From positions 592,135 to 656,134 of the forward strand of contig NZ_OZ257261.1 of assembly GCF_965279755.1 (NCBI RefSeq): a stretch of 64,000 bases of DNA, given 5' to 3'. Below, one piece after another: positions 17,613 to 27,345 of the stretch. Under the pieces are notes generated by a model. The model did not search any database, was not told the DNA's origin, and worked only from the letters and a program-made list of their open reading frames with translations. The stretch's first letter is position 1. Each line of letters begins with the position of its first letter. The translations under genes and the position numbers were made by a program. The stretch is from Sphingopyxis sp. GTDB lineage: Bacteria; Pseudomonadota; Alphaproteobacteria; Sphingomonadales; Sphingomonadaceae.

Positions 17613-18995
17613 TCAACCGACGCGCTTGACCGCACCCTTGTGTGCGCCGACGCTCTTGTTGCGCGGGCGGAAGCGGCGCTTGCGCTGACCCTCCGCCCCT
17701 TCGCCGGCGGGCGCAGCGTCACGGCGCGGGCCGCGATCGCCGCCCGGCTTTTGACCGCCGCGGCCACGCGTCGCTTCGTCGCGCTGGCGCTGGGGATTGC
17801 GTCCCTTGCTGCCGGTATCGCGCGGCGGCTGCGCCGGCTTCGGCAGATTGCGTACCAGCTCGTTGAAATTCTCGGGCAGCGGCATCGGCTCGGATTTGGA
17901 CCGGGTGACGCGCTCGATATCGCGCATGTACGGACGCTCGTCGGGCGCAATGAAGCTGATTGCCTTACCCTCGGCGCCGGCGCGCGCGGTGCGGCCGATG
18001 CGGTGGACATATTGCTCGGGAACGTTCGGGATCTCGAAGTTGATCACATGGCTGACGCCCGACACGTCGATGCCGCGCGCGGCAATGTCGGTCGCGACGA
18101 GCAGCTTGATCTCGCCCGAGCGGAAGGCCTGCAGCGCGTGGGTGCGCTGCGACTGGCTCTTGTTGCCATGGATCGCCATCGCCTTGATGCCCGCGCCCGC
18201 CAGATGACGCACGACGCGGTCGGCGCCATGCTTGGTGCGGGTGAAGATCAGCGCGCGGTCGATGTCCTCGCTCGCGATCACCGAATGGAGCAGCGCCTGC
18301 TTTTCCTTCTGCTCGACGAAGGTCGAATATTGGCTGATCTTTTCCACGGTCGTCGCCGCCGGCGTCACCGACACGGTGACCGGATCCTCGAGGAACTGTT
18401 CGGCAAGATGCGCGATTTCCTTGGGCATCGTCGCCGAGAAGAACAGGTTCTGGCGGCGCGAGGGCAGCAGCTTGGCGATACGGCGCAGCGAGTGGATGAA
18501 ACCCATGTCCATCATCTGGTCGGCTTCATCGAGGACGAAGATCTCGACATCGTCGAGGCGCAGCGCGCGCTGGTCGATCAGGTCGAGCAGGCGGCCGGGC
18601 GTGGCGACGAGGATTTCGACGCCCTGCGCGAGGTCGCGGATCTGCTTGTTGATCGGCACGCCGCCGAAAACGGTCGATACGCGCAGCTTGGTGAAGCGGC
18701 CATAGTCGCGGCAGCTCTGCGCGATCTGCGCCGCGAGTTCGCGCGTCGGCGCGAGTATGAGCATGCGGCAGCTGCGCGGGTTGGTCTTGTGCGGATAGGT
18801 GATCAGGTGATGGATCGAGGGCAGCGAAAAGCCCGCGGTCTTGCCGGTGCCCGTCTGCGCGATACCGCACAGGTCGCGGCCCTTCATCAGCGGCGGAATC
18901 GCCTGCGTCTGGATCGGGGTCGGGGTGGTGTAATCCTTGGCGGCGAGCGCACGGCTGATGTCGGCGTGCAGGCCAAAGTCGTTGAAAGTCGTCAT
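17613..18995 (-). CDS. rhlE: ATP-dependent DEAD-box RNA helicase
   Basis: ATG at 18995 (MTTFNDFGL...). Motifs AQTGTGKT, DEAD (VLDEADQM), SAT and HRIGRTAR are present, plus an Arg/Gly-rich C-terminal tail. Confidence 0.9.
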   Translation of the reverse strand: MTTFNDFGLHADISRALAAKDYTTPTPIQTQAIPPLMKGRDLCGIAQTGTGKTAGFSLPSIHHLITYPHKTNPRSCRMLILAPTRELAAQIAQSCRDYGRFTKLRVSTVFGGVPINKQIRDLAQGVEILVATPGRLLDLIDQRALRLDDVEIFVLDEADQMMDMGFIHSLRRIAKLLPSRRQNLFFSATMPKEIAHLAEQFLEDPVTVSVTPAATTVEKISQYSTFVEQKEKQALLHSVIASEDIDRALIFTRTKHGADRVVRHLAGAGIKAMAIHGNKSQSQRTHALQAFRSGEIKLLVATDIAARGIDVSGVSHVINFEIPNVPEQYVHRIGRTARAGAEGKAISFIAPDERPYMRDIERVTRSKSEPMPLPENFNELVRNLPKPAQPPRDTGSKGRNPQRQRDEATRGRGGQKPGGDRGPRRDAAPAGEGAEGQRKRRFRPRNKSVGAHKGAVKRVG

Positions 18996-19145
18996 AATAT
19001 ACTCACATAGAGCGACGCGCAGGCGCATCCGTTCGCATCGAACGGACGGCGCACGGCCGCGGGTTCGAAACGACCCGCGTGAAAGGGTGCCTCTGGGGAC
19101 AAAGCGCTGGTCCGGCTCGTCCCGCGCCTGTTTCGGGCGGGAAAA
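18996..19145 (-). promoter_or_regulatory. Structured 5' leader of rhlE (three consecutive hairpins)
   Basis: Hairpins at 19029-19045 (CCGTTCG-cat-CGAACGG), 19058-19079 (CGCGGGT...ACCCGCG) and 19121-19141 (CCCGC...GCGGG). All lie in the 309-nt divergent gap to glpK. The transcription start is unknown. Confidence 0.35.
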
Positions 19146-19304
19146 TCACGCTGCCGGTGGTTGCGGCGGATCGGTCCGCCATGCTGCGCTGCACAAGATA
19201 TGGCACAGCCGGCGCAATTTTGCAAGGTGGTTACGAATGTAAGTGTCGCACGCCTTGTCGCCGCGCCTTTCTTTCGTCATCAAATGCGAAAGAGGGAGAG
19301 CAAT

Positions 19305-20777
19305 ATGGCCGAGAAGATCATCGTTATCGACGAAGGCACGACGTCGACCCGCACGATGCTTTTCGCTGCCGACGGCACGCCGCTTGGCAGCGCACAGCGC
19401 GAGTTCCGGCAACATTATCCCGGCCCCGGTCTGGTCGAGCATGACGCGGCCGAAATCTGGGACGCCACCCTCGCCTGCACGCGCGAGATGATCGAGCAGG
19501 CCGGCGGCGCAAGCGCCGTCGCCGCGATCGGTATCACCAACCAGCGCGAGACCGTCGTATTCTGGGACCGCAGGACCGGCGAACCCCTCGCCCCCGCAAT
19601 CGTCTGGCAAGACCGGCGCTCGGCGGCCGACTGCGCGGCGCTCAAGGAGGCCGGGCACGAGCCGATGGCGCAGGCGAAGAGCGGCCTGCTCCTCGATCCC
19701 TATTTCTCGGGCACCAAGATCGGCTGGGCGCTGAAACATTGGCCGCAGCTGAAGGAAGTCGGGGACCGGCTTGCCGTGGGCACGGTCGAATCCTATCTGA
19801 TCTATCGCCTGACCGGCGGCGTTCACGTGACCGATGCCAGCAATGCGTCGCGCACGCTGCTGATGGATATCAACGGCGACGGCGGCTGGGATGCGGAGCT
19901 TTGCGACTTGCTCGGAGTACCGATGGGCCTGCTCCCCGAAATCACCGGCTGCACCACGACCGTCGGTATGACCGACCCGGCGCTGTTCGGCGGCGCGATC
20001 CCGATCTCGGGCATGGCCGGCGACCAGCAGGCCGCGACCATCGGCCAGGCGTGCCTTTTGCCCGGACAGACCAAGGCGACTTTCGGCACCGGCGCCTTCA
20101 TTCTGTCGGCGAGCGGAACGACGCGTCCGGTATCGACCAACCGCCTGCTCGCCACCGTGCTGGTGCAGGAAGGCGATACGCGCTCCTACGCGCTCGAAGG
20201 GTCGGTCTTCGTCGCAGGCAGCCTGATCAAATGGCTGCGCGATGGGCTGGGTCTGCTGGCGAGCGCCAGCGAGAGCGAAGGCCTTGCGCGCTCAGTGCTC
20301 GACAATGGCGGGGTCTATCTGGTCCCGGCCCTCGCCGGACTCGGCGCGCCGCACTGGCGGCCCGATGCGCTCGCCGCGCTGTCGGGCCTCAGCTTTGCCA
20401 GCAGCAAGGCGCACGTCGCGCGCGCCGCGCTGGAGGCACAGGCCTATCAGGCGCATGACCTGAAATCGGCGTTCGCCGCCGATGGCGTCGACTGGGCCGA
20501 GGTTCGTATCGACGGCGGCATGGCCGCGAACGACTGGATGGCGCAGGATCTGGCCGACATGCTCGACATATCGGTCGAGCGGCCCGCCTTTGTCGAAAGC
20601 ACGGCGCTGGGCGCCGCGATGCTCGCAGCGACCGGCGCCGGGATTTACACCGATCTGGCGAGTGCGGCGAAGACCATGCGTGGCACCGCGACGCGGTTCA
20701 CGCCGGCACTCGACGCCCAGAAACGCAAAACGCGCCTTGCCGGCTGGCAAAGCGCGCTTGCAAAAGTCCTCGGCTGA
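19305..20777 (+). CDS. glpK: Glycerol kinase
   Basis: ATG at 19305 with GAGGGAG SD. MAEKIIVIDEGTTSTR... is a typical FGGY/GlpK N-terminus. 490 aa. Confidence 0.95.
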   Translation: MAEKIIVIDEGTTSTRTMLFAADGTPLGSAQREFRQHYPGPGLVEHDAAEIWDATLACTREMIEQAGGASAVAAIGITNQRETVVFWDRRTGEPLAPAIVWQDRRSAADCAALKEAGHEPMAQAKSGLLLDPYFSGTKIGWALKHWPQLKEVGDRLAVGTVESYLIYRLTGGVHVTDASNASRTLLMDINGDGGWDAELCDLLGVPMGLLPEITGCTTTVGMTDPALFGGAIPISGMAGDQQAATIGQACLLPGQTKATFGTGAFILSASGTTRPVSTNRLLATVLVQEGDTRSYALEGSVFVAGSLIKWLRDGLGLLASASESEGLARSVLDNGGVYLVPALAGLGAPHWRPDALAALSGLSFASSKAHVARAALEAQAYQAHDLKSAFAADGVDWAEVRIDGGMAANDWMAQDLADMLDISVERPAFVESTALGAAMLAATGAGIYTDLASAAKTMRGTATRFTPALDAQKRKTRLAGWQSALAKVLG

Positions 20778-20786
20778 GGAAGCGAA

Positions 20787-21014
20787 TTAGCGCTTGAGGG
20801 TGAGACCACCGAAGCGCTTGTTGAACTTCGCAACCTGACCGCCCGCGTCGAGCAGACGACCCGTGCCGCCGGTCCATGCCGGGTGCGCCGTCGGGTCGAT
20901 TTCGAGCGTCATCACGTCGCCCTCTTTGCCCCAGGTCGAGCGCGTCTGATATTCGGTGCCATCGGTCATCTTGACCGTGATCATGTGATAGTCGGGGTGA
21001 ACGTCTTTTTTCAT
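20787..21014 (-). CDS. rpmE: 50S ribosomal protein L31 (Cys-less form)
   Basis: [19 protein letters not shown]...FNKRFGG. 75 aa with no CxxC zinc motif. Confidence 0.95.
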   Translation of the reverse strand: MKKDVHPDYHMITVKMTDGTEYQTRSTWGKEGDVMTLEIDPTAHPAWTGGTGRLLDAGGQVAKFNKRFGGLTLKR

Positions 21015-21130
21015 CTCTTGGCTCCTGTGCCGCCGGTTCCGACCGGCAGGCTTGAGTCGATGCTTTCCCCGTCACGGGGCCCGCGAAGCGGCTGCCCCTA
21101 ACGGCGAAAGCCTGATTTTGCAAGTCTTGC

Positions 21131-21610
21131 TTAGTCGCTGGGCGGGTCGGCGATCATCGCGGTAAACTGGCACTCGGTAGCCAGCTGGCCGTCGAGCATT
21201 GCACGCCCTTCGAACTTGCAGATATTCCGCTTCGCCTGAAGGATCGAGACGTGCAGGTCGAGCAGGTGGCCGGGTTCCACGGGTTTGCGGAACTTCACGC
21301 CGTCGATGCCCATGAAATAGACGAGCTTTCCGGATCCGGCGAGGCCCAGCGATTCGATCGCCAGAACGCCGCCAGCCTGTGCCAGCGCCTCGACGATGAG
21401 GACGCCGGGCATGATCGGCCGGCCGGGAAAATGCCCTTGAAAGAAGGGCTCGTTCATCGTCACCGCCTTGACCGCATGGATCGAGGTGTCTTTCACCATC
21501 GATACCACACGGTCGACGAGCAGCATCGGATAGCGATGCGGCAGCAGGCTGAGGACCCGGCGGATATCCGCCGAGCCCAAAGCTTCGCCTGTCGTTTCTC
21601 CGTCGCTCAC
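21131..21610 (-). CDS. fabZ: 3-hydroxyacyl-ACP dehydratase
   Basis: GTG start 5 nt after the skp stop. [13 protein letters not shown] and [12 protein letters not shown] motifs present. Confidence 0.95.
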   Translation of the reverse strand: MSDGETTGEALGSADIRRVLSLLPHRYPMLLVDRVVSMVKDTSIHAVKAVTMNEPFFQGHFPGRPIMPGVLIVEALAQAGGVLAIESLGLAGSGKLVYFMGIDGVKFRKPVEPGHLLDLHVSILQAKRNICKFEGRAMLDGQLATECQFTAMIADPPSD

Positions 21611-21615
21611 AGCAC

Positions 21616-22305
21616 TTAGCGCGTGGGCGCCGGGGTGCCGGCGGGTGCCGTGGCCGGAGCCGCACCGGGCTGTGCCGCGCGCGCCGCGTCCATCAGCTGC
21701 TGATTGCGCTGCTGGACGAGCTGGCCGGGCTTGTAACCCGCCGGCGGCGTGATCGTGACCGACGGCAGGATCTTGTTGAGTTCGACGACGACGGCGTCGG
21801 TGAGGTCGACGTTGTTCTCGCGCGCCAGCACCGCGTCGGGCTGAAGCAGCAGATCAACCTTCTTGGCGGTCATCGCGGCCTTGATCGCATCGTTCATGCG
21901 AACGCTGATCTGATCCTCGACATAGGCAAGCGCGAGTTCAACCGGCGCGCCGATCTGCTCGAGTTCGGCCGACGCCGCCTGACGCTTGTCCTGCACGGCC
22001 TTAGCCGCTGCCTGCAGCGTGGTCTGGTTCTGCGGATTCTTCTTCGCCTCTTCGTTATATTTGGCGATGAGGACGTTCATTTCGGCCTGCAGCGTCTGAC
22101 CACGGGTTTCCTGCTGATCGAGCTGGGCCTTGTAGGTCGTCTGAATCTGCTGCGAGGCGACCGTGAAGGCGTTCGACCGGGCGGCGGCCACACGAACGTC
22201 GGCGATGGCGACGGCCTTCGCCTGCGCAGCCGCAGGAGCGGCGAGCATTGGCGAGACCGACAGCGCTGCGATTGCGAGCGCCGAAGCGGTGAGAATTTTC
22301 TTCAT
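21616..22305 (-). CDS. skp: OmpH/Skp-family periplasmic chaperone
   Basis: Signal peptide [17 protein letters not shown]..., a coiled-coil-rich body and a Pro/Ala-rich tail. Its ATG shares one base with the bamA TGA (TGATG). Confidence 0.85.
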   Translation of the reverse strand: MKKILTASALAIAALSVSPMLAAPAAAQAKAVAIADVRVAAARSNAFTVASQQIQTTYKAQLDQQETRGQTLQAEMNVLIAKYNEEAKKNPQNQTTLQAAAKAVQDKRQAASAELEQIGAPVELALAYVEDQISVRMNDAIKAAMTAKKVDLLLQPDAVLARENNVDLTDAVVVELNKILPSVTITPPAGYKPGQLVQQRNQQLMDAARAAQPGAAPATAPAGTPAPTR

Positions 22306-24989
22306 CAGAATTGGGTTCCTACGTTGAATGAGAAGCGTTTTGTATCGTCACCCTCTTCTTTGCGGAGGGCATAAGCGAAATCGATCCGGAAGGGGCCGAA
22401 GGGAGAGTTCCAGTTGACACCCGCGCCGATCGCGACACGCGGCATCCAGCTGTCGCCATAGAAGCGCTCTTCGAACGGGGCGAGCGACGAATAGCCGTTG
22501 GCGATGTCGCAGGTCGAATATAGCGTCGTGCTGCCCGGGGTCAGCGTCGCAAACTTGACGTCGCCGGTGGTCGCGTTGCGGCACTTGTACTTGGTCAGAT
22601 TGTCCGACGGATCTTTGAAATCGGCGAGCGTGGTCAGCGTCGGACGCTTCACGCTCCACACCGAGCCAACGTCGAGGAAGATCGACGGGCGCAGGCCCAT
22701 TTCCTTGGCACCGGTACCGAGCGGAATATCCATCTCGATACGGCCCTGATAATATGCGCGCCCGCCCAGTGCATCGTCGATCAGGTTGTTCCGGTTCGAA
22801 AGATCGGCATTCAACACCGGAGCTGCCGGATTATCGAGATTGACGTCGGTGAAGCGGATGACGCGCGGACCAATACCGCGAATGTCGAAACCGCGCATCT
22901 GCGGCTCGCCGAGCTGGAAGCGGTCGACGAGGCGGACCTTGTCGCTCGTCGGGGTCGGGCGTCCGCCGAAGGGGTAGATATAGCCGCCCTCACCCGAGAC
23001 GTTCAGGATGAACCGGTTTCCGAGATTGAAGTGCTTGCTGCCCTGAACGCGGGTACGCGCATATTTCACACTGCCACCAAGGCCCGCAAAATCCTGGCTG
23101 AGCGAGAGCGACTGGCCGCGCGTCGGGCGCAGGCGGTTATCGCGATCGTCATAAGCCAGCGTATAGCCGAGCAGCGAGGTCGTGCGTTTGCCGATCGCGT
23201 CGCAGAGATAACGGCCCGCGACGAGCGGATCGCACTGGCCGCCGAAGTAATACAGCCCCTTGTCGAGCGAAACATCGTCGAAATTCAGCGTGTAACGGCC
23301 GAAGAACGACATAAACTCGGTGAGCGGCACGCCGATATTGATCTGGGCACCCGTCGTCGTCTGCTGGAAGGTCGTCTGACGGTCGTTATTGATGAAGTTG
23401 AACGAATTAAGGTCGCGGCGATAAACGCTGCCCCCGATCGAGATGTTGCGGTCGAACAGATAGGGCTCGGTAAAGCCGAGCTCGATCGACTTCGAATAGC
23501 TCGAATAGTTGACCGACGCCTGAAGCTGCTGACCAAGGCCGCGAAAGTTGCGTTGGCGGATCGAGCCCTGGAGCAGGAAATTCTCGATCGACGAGAAGCC
23601 GGCCGACAGCGACAGTTCGCCCGTCGGCTTTTCCTCGACATTGGTTTCGAGAATGATGCGATCGGGGGTCGAGCCTTCCTTGCGATCGATCTCCAGATTT
23701 TCCTGGAAATAACCAAGGCTGTTGAGGCGGTTTTCGGTGCGCTTGACAGCAAAGCTGTTGAAGGCATCGCCTTCGTTCAGACGGAACTCGCGGCGCACGA
23801 CCTTGTCATGGGTCAGCGTGTTGCCGTTGACGTCGATGCGCTCCACGTAGGTACGCGGGCTTTCGCCGACATCGAAAGTGATATCCATCGTGCGCGTATC
23901 GGGATTGCGATGGAATTCGGGGTTGATGTCGGCAAAGGCATAGCCGAACAGGCCCGCGGTCTCGCTGAGGCTTTCGACCGTGTCCTCGACCTGCTTGGCA
24001 TTATACCAGTCGCCGGTCTTCATCGGCAGCAGCTTCTGCAGCATCTCCGGCTTGAAGTCGCGCAGTTCACTCTTCACGTCGACGTTGCCGAACTTGTAGC
24101 GTTCGCCTTCCTCAACGACATAGGTGATGATGAAGTCCTGCTTGTTGCTGGTCAGCTCGGCGACCGCCGAAATGACGCGGAAGTCGGCATAGCCGTTCTG
24201 CAGGTAGAAAAGACGGAGCTTCTGCTGGTCGTAAGCGAGGCGATCAGGGTCGTAGCTGGTGTTCGACGACAGGATCGTCATCAGGCTCGACTGCTTGGTC
24301 GCCATCTCGTCCTTGAGATCGCCATCGCTGAACTTTTCGTTGCCGATGATGTTGATCTGGCGGACCTTCGACTTCGGCCCTTCGTTGATTTCGAACACCA
24401 CGTCGACGCGGTTCTGGTCGAGCGACACCATCTTCGGCTCGACAGTCGCGGCGAAGCGGCCCTGACGCTTGTACAGTTCGATGATGCGCGCGACGTCGGC
24501 GCGGACCTTCGAGCGGGTAAATATCTGGCGCGGCGCGAGCTTGATCTCGGGCCGGATCTTGTCTTCCTTCAGGCGTTTGTTGCCTTCCAGGATGACGCGG
24601 TTGATCACCGGGTTTTCGGTGACCTGGATCGTCAGCGCGCCATTGTCGTCGCTGATCTGGTAATCCTTGAACAGCTCGGTGGCGGCAAGATCCTTCAATG
24701 CCTGATCAAGCATTGCACGATTATAGTTCTGGCCCACGCGCAGACGCAGATACGACAGGATCGTCTGCGCCTCGAGGCGCTGGTTTCCGACGACCGTGAT
24801 CGACTTCACCGTCGTCGCAGTCGGGGTCGCCTCGCCGGCGGGCGCCGGAACGTTCGCCGCGGGCGCCGCAGTCGGCTGGACTTCCTGAGCCTGGAGCGCC
24901 GCTGCCGGCCAGGCGAGCATGGTTCCAGCCATAAGAAGCGCCGATAGCTGGGTCCGCGCCCGGATTTTTTGTGAAGCCACGCTGTTCAT
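22305..24989 (-). CDS. bamA: Outer-membrane protein assembly factor BamA
   Basis: ATG at 24989 (MNSVASQKIRARTQLSALLMAG..., a signal peptide). POTRA repeats followed by an Omp85 barrel ending ...RFSFNVGTQF. Confidence 0.95.
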   Translation of the reverse strand: MNSVASQKIRARTQLSALLMAGTMLAWPAAALQAQEVQPTAAPAANVPAPAGEATPTATTVKSITVVGNQRLEAQTILSYLRLRVGQNYNRAMLDQALKDLAATELFKDYQISDDNGALTIQVTENPVINRVILEGNKRLKEDKIRPEIKLAPRQIFTRSKVRADVARIIELYKRQGRFAATVEPKMVSLDQNRVDVVFEINEGPKSKVRQINIIGNEKFSDGDLKDEMATKQSSLMTILSSNTSYDPDRLAYDQQKLRLFYLQNGYADFRVISAVAELTSNKQDFIITYVVEEGERYKFGNVDVKSELRDFKPEMLQKLLPMKTGDWYNAKQVEDTVESLSETAGLFGYAFADINPEFHRNPDTRTMDITFDVGESPRTYVERIDVNGNTLTHDKVVRREFRLNEGDAFNSFAVKRTENRLNSLGYFQENLEIDRKEGSTPDRIILETNVEEKPTGELSLSAGFSSIENFLLQGSIRQRNFRGLGQQLQASVNYSSYSKSIELGFTEPYLFDRNISIGGSVYRRDLNSFNFINNDRQTTFQQTTTGAQINIGVPLTEFMSFFGRYTLNFDDVSLDKGLYYFGGQCDPLVAGRYLCDAIGKRTTSLLGYTLAYDDRDNRLRPTRGQSLSLSQDFAGLGGSVKYARTRVQGSKHFNLGNRFILNVSGEGGYIYPFGGRPTPTSDKVRLVDRFQLGEPQMRGFDIRGIGPRVIRFTDVNLDNPAAPVLNADLSNRNNLIDDALGGRAYYQGRIEMDIPLGTGAKEMGLRPSIFLDVGSVWSVKRPTLTTLADFKDPSDNLTKYKCRNATTGDVKFATLTPGSTTLYSTCDIANGYSSLAPFEERFYGDSWMPRVAIGAGVNWNSPFGPFRIDFAYALRKEEGDDTKRFSFNVGTQF

Positions 24990-24992
24990 CCC

Positions 24993-25035
24993 GCAAAAAT
25001 AACTCAAAAGCGACAGACCCGCCCGCTTACGGGTC
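24993..25035 (-). terminator. Hairpin plus T-rich tract between rseP and bamA (attenuator/terminator-like)
   Basis: The minus strand reads GACCCG-taagcggg-CGGGTC, then TGTCGCTTTTGAGTTATTTTTGCGGG, then ATG of bamA. The stem is only 6 bp. Confidence 0.35.
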
Positions 25036-25060
25036 CGCGCGCACTCCTGCCCCAGTCCGC

Positions 25061-26191
25061 CTAACCAATCAAGCGCGCGATCCGGTCCCAGACCCCGATT
25101 GAGCCCAAATCGTTGAAAGTCACGACCAGCATCAGCGTCACGAGCGCCATAAAGCCGACTCGAAACGCCCATTCCTGCGCCGCAGCAGGCGCCGGACGCC
25201 GCCGAACCGCCTCATAGGCGTAGAAAGCCAGATGTCCTCCATCGAGCATCGGCAATGGCAACAAATTTATGAACCCCAGATTGATGGAGACGAACGCGAT
25301 GAAGAAGATCAGCGCTTCCGGCCCGAGGCTGGCCATTTCACCCGATTGCTTGGCGATCCGAACCGGTCCGCCCATGTCCTTCACCGATCGCTGACCGGTC
25401 ACGAACTGGCCGAGGATATTGCCCGTCATCCGCACCAGCGCCCACGTCTGGCTCGTCGCAGCCTGCACCGCGTCGATCGGGCCGACGGTCGTGTAGACGG
25501 GATTGGCCGGCAGGATGCCGATGATCGCGCGTTCGGACTTGTTTCCGAACGGGTCCGTTTCGGTGATGATCTGCGGACGCAGCGTCAGATCGAAACGATC
25601 CTGACCGCGCTGGATATCTAGACGCGCCGGCTTGCCGAGGTCGTAACTGACCGCCATCCGGATATCCTCGAAATTTTCCATGGTCTGGCCGTTGATCGCG
25701 ACGATGCGATCACCGACTTGCAGCTTGGCCGCCGCCCCGGCGCTTTTCGGGGCGATGCTGCCAATGACCGGTGGGGTCTGGGGCACGCCATAGGCCATGC
25801 CGAACGCTGCAAATATCAGGATCGCGAAAAGGAAATTGGTGAGCGGTCCCGCCAGCACGATGAGCGCGCGCTTCCAGACCGGTTGGGCGGGAAAGGTGTG
25901 CGAACGCTGGTCTTCGGGCAGTTGCTGCCATTCTGCGTCAGGCTGGCTCACTGCGTCGCGGTCGCCCGCGAACTGGACATAGCCGCCCAGCGGCAGCCAG
26001 CCGATCTTCCATTCGGTCCCGCGCTTATCGGTCCAGCCGACGATCCTGCGCCCGAAACCGATCGAAAACGCGTCCGCCTTCACCCCGCACCAGCGCCCGA
26101 CGATATAATGGCCATATTCGTGCACGAAGACGAGGGGGCCGAGAACCAGCAGGAAGCCGACAAGATAGAGCCAGAGCGGCACATTATGCAT
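25061..26191 (-). CDS. rseP: RIP zinc metalloprotease RseP
   Basis: ATG at 26191 (MHNVPLWLYLVG...). HEYGH zinc motif, a PDZ region and the NLLPLPMLDGGH motif. Confidence 0.9.
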   Translation of the reverse strand: MHNVPLWLYLVGFLLVLGPLVFVHEYGHYIVGRWCGVKADAFSIGFGRRIVGWTDKRGTEWKIGWLPLGGYVQFAGDRDAVSQPDAEWQQLPEDQRSHTFPAQPVWKRALIVLAGPLTNFLFAILIFAAFGMAYGVPQTPPVIGSIAPKSAGAAAKLQVGDRIVAINGQTMENFEDIRMAVSYDLGKPARLDIQRGQDRFDLTLRPQIITETDPFGNKSERAIIGILPANPVYTTVGPIDAVQAATSQTWALVRMTGNILGQFVTGQRSVKDMGGPVRIAKQSGEMASLGPEALIFFIAFVSINLGFINLLPLPMLDGGHLAFYAYEAVRRRPAPAAAQEWAFRVGFMALVTLMLVVTFNDLGSIGVWDRIARLIG

Positions 26192-27344
26192 GTTCGTATT
26201 GGTCCACAAATTGCTGGGCAGCCGCGCGCGATGCGGCATCCACGCTGAATATGTCCTGAAGCGAAGCCGGTACTGCCGGCGCCCCGGCATCGATCACGCG
26301 GCGCACCGTATCGACGATCGCCGGAAACGCGATGCGCCCGGCGAGAAATGCCGCCACAGCCACCTCATTAGCCGCGTTGAGCTGAGCCGGGCGCGCACCG
26401 CCCTCTGCAATTGCGGCGCGGCACAGCGCGGTAGCGGGAAAGCGCACTTCGTCAGGCGCTTCGAAATCGAGCCGCGCGATGCTTGCGAGGTCGAGCGGCG
26501 CACACGGCGTCGCCATCCGCTCCGGCCAGGCGAGCGCACTGCTGATCGGAATCCGCATATCGGGCGAACCGAGCTGGGCGAGGGTCGAGCAGTCGATATA
26601 TTCGACGAGGCTGTGAATCACCGATTGCGGGTGGACGAGGATTTCGATGCGGTCGAGCCCGACAGGGAACAGATGGTGCGCCTCGATCAGTTCGAGGCCC
26701 TTGTTCATCATCGTCGCCGAATCGACGCTGATCTTGGCGCCCATCGACCAGTTCGGGTGCGCGACCGCCTGCGCGGGGGTGACGCGCGCCATGTCAGCGG
26801 CGCTCATCGTGCGGAACGGCCCGCCGCTGGCGGTCAGGATGATCCGGCGGACCTGCTCGATCCTGCCGCCCGCGAGGCACTGGAAGATCGCATTATGCTC
26901 GCTGTCGATCGGCAGGATCGTCGCGCCCGATTTCTTCGCGGCGGCGGTCATCAACTCGCCCGACGAGACGAGCGCCTCCTTGTTGGCGAGCGCGACGTTG
27001 GTGCCCGCCTCAAGCGCCGCCATCGTCGGGGCGAGCCCGGCGATGCCGACGATCGCCGCCAAGACAAGGTCGGTCGGGCGCCGCGCCGCCTCGACAAGCG
27101 CGGCGGCACCCGCCGCGGTCTCGATTCCGGTTCCGGCGAGCGCATTCTTCAGCGCGTCGTGGCAGCTTTCATCGGCGACGACGGCGATATCGGGACGGAA
27201 TTCCTTAGCGAGCTTTGCGAGTTCGACAACGTCGCAATTGGCGGTCAGCACGGAGACCCGCCAGGTATCACCGTCGCGCCGGACAAGATCGAGGGTCGAT
27301 TGCCCGACCGATCCCGTGGCGCCGAACAGCGAGAGGCGCCGCAT
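26184..27344 (-). CDS. dxr: 1-deoxy-D-xylulose-5-phosphate reductoisomerase
   Basis: ATG at 27344 (MRRLSLFGATGSVGQSTLDLV...), 386 aa. Overlaps the rseP start by 8 nt. Confidence 0.95.
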   Translation of the reverse strand: MRRLSLFGATGSVGQSTLDLVRRDGDTWRVSVLTANCDVVELAKLAKEFRPDIAVVADESCHDALKNALAGTGIETAAGAAALVEAARRPTDLVLAAIVGIAGLAPTMAALEAGTNVALANKEALVSSGELMTAAAKKSGATILPIDSEHNAIFQCLAGGRIEQVRRIILTASGGPFRTMSAADMARVTPAQAVAHPNWSMGAKISVDSATMMNKGLELIEAHHLFPVGLDRIEILVHPQSVIHSLVEYIDCSTLAQLGSPDMRIPISSALAWPERMATPCAPLDLASIARLDFEAPDEVRFPATALCRAAIAEGGARPAQLNAANEVAVAAFLAGRIAFPAIVDTVRRVIDAGAPAVPASLQDIFSVDAASRAAAQQFVDQYEHA

Positions 27345-27345
27345 G

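Noticed and set aside
19058-19079. GGGTTCGAAAC element resembling a tRNA T-arm
   Set aside because: It forms a simple 7-bp hairpin, and there is no acceptor, D or anticodon arm around it. It is interpreted as part of the rhlE leader, not as a tRNA or tRNA fragment.
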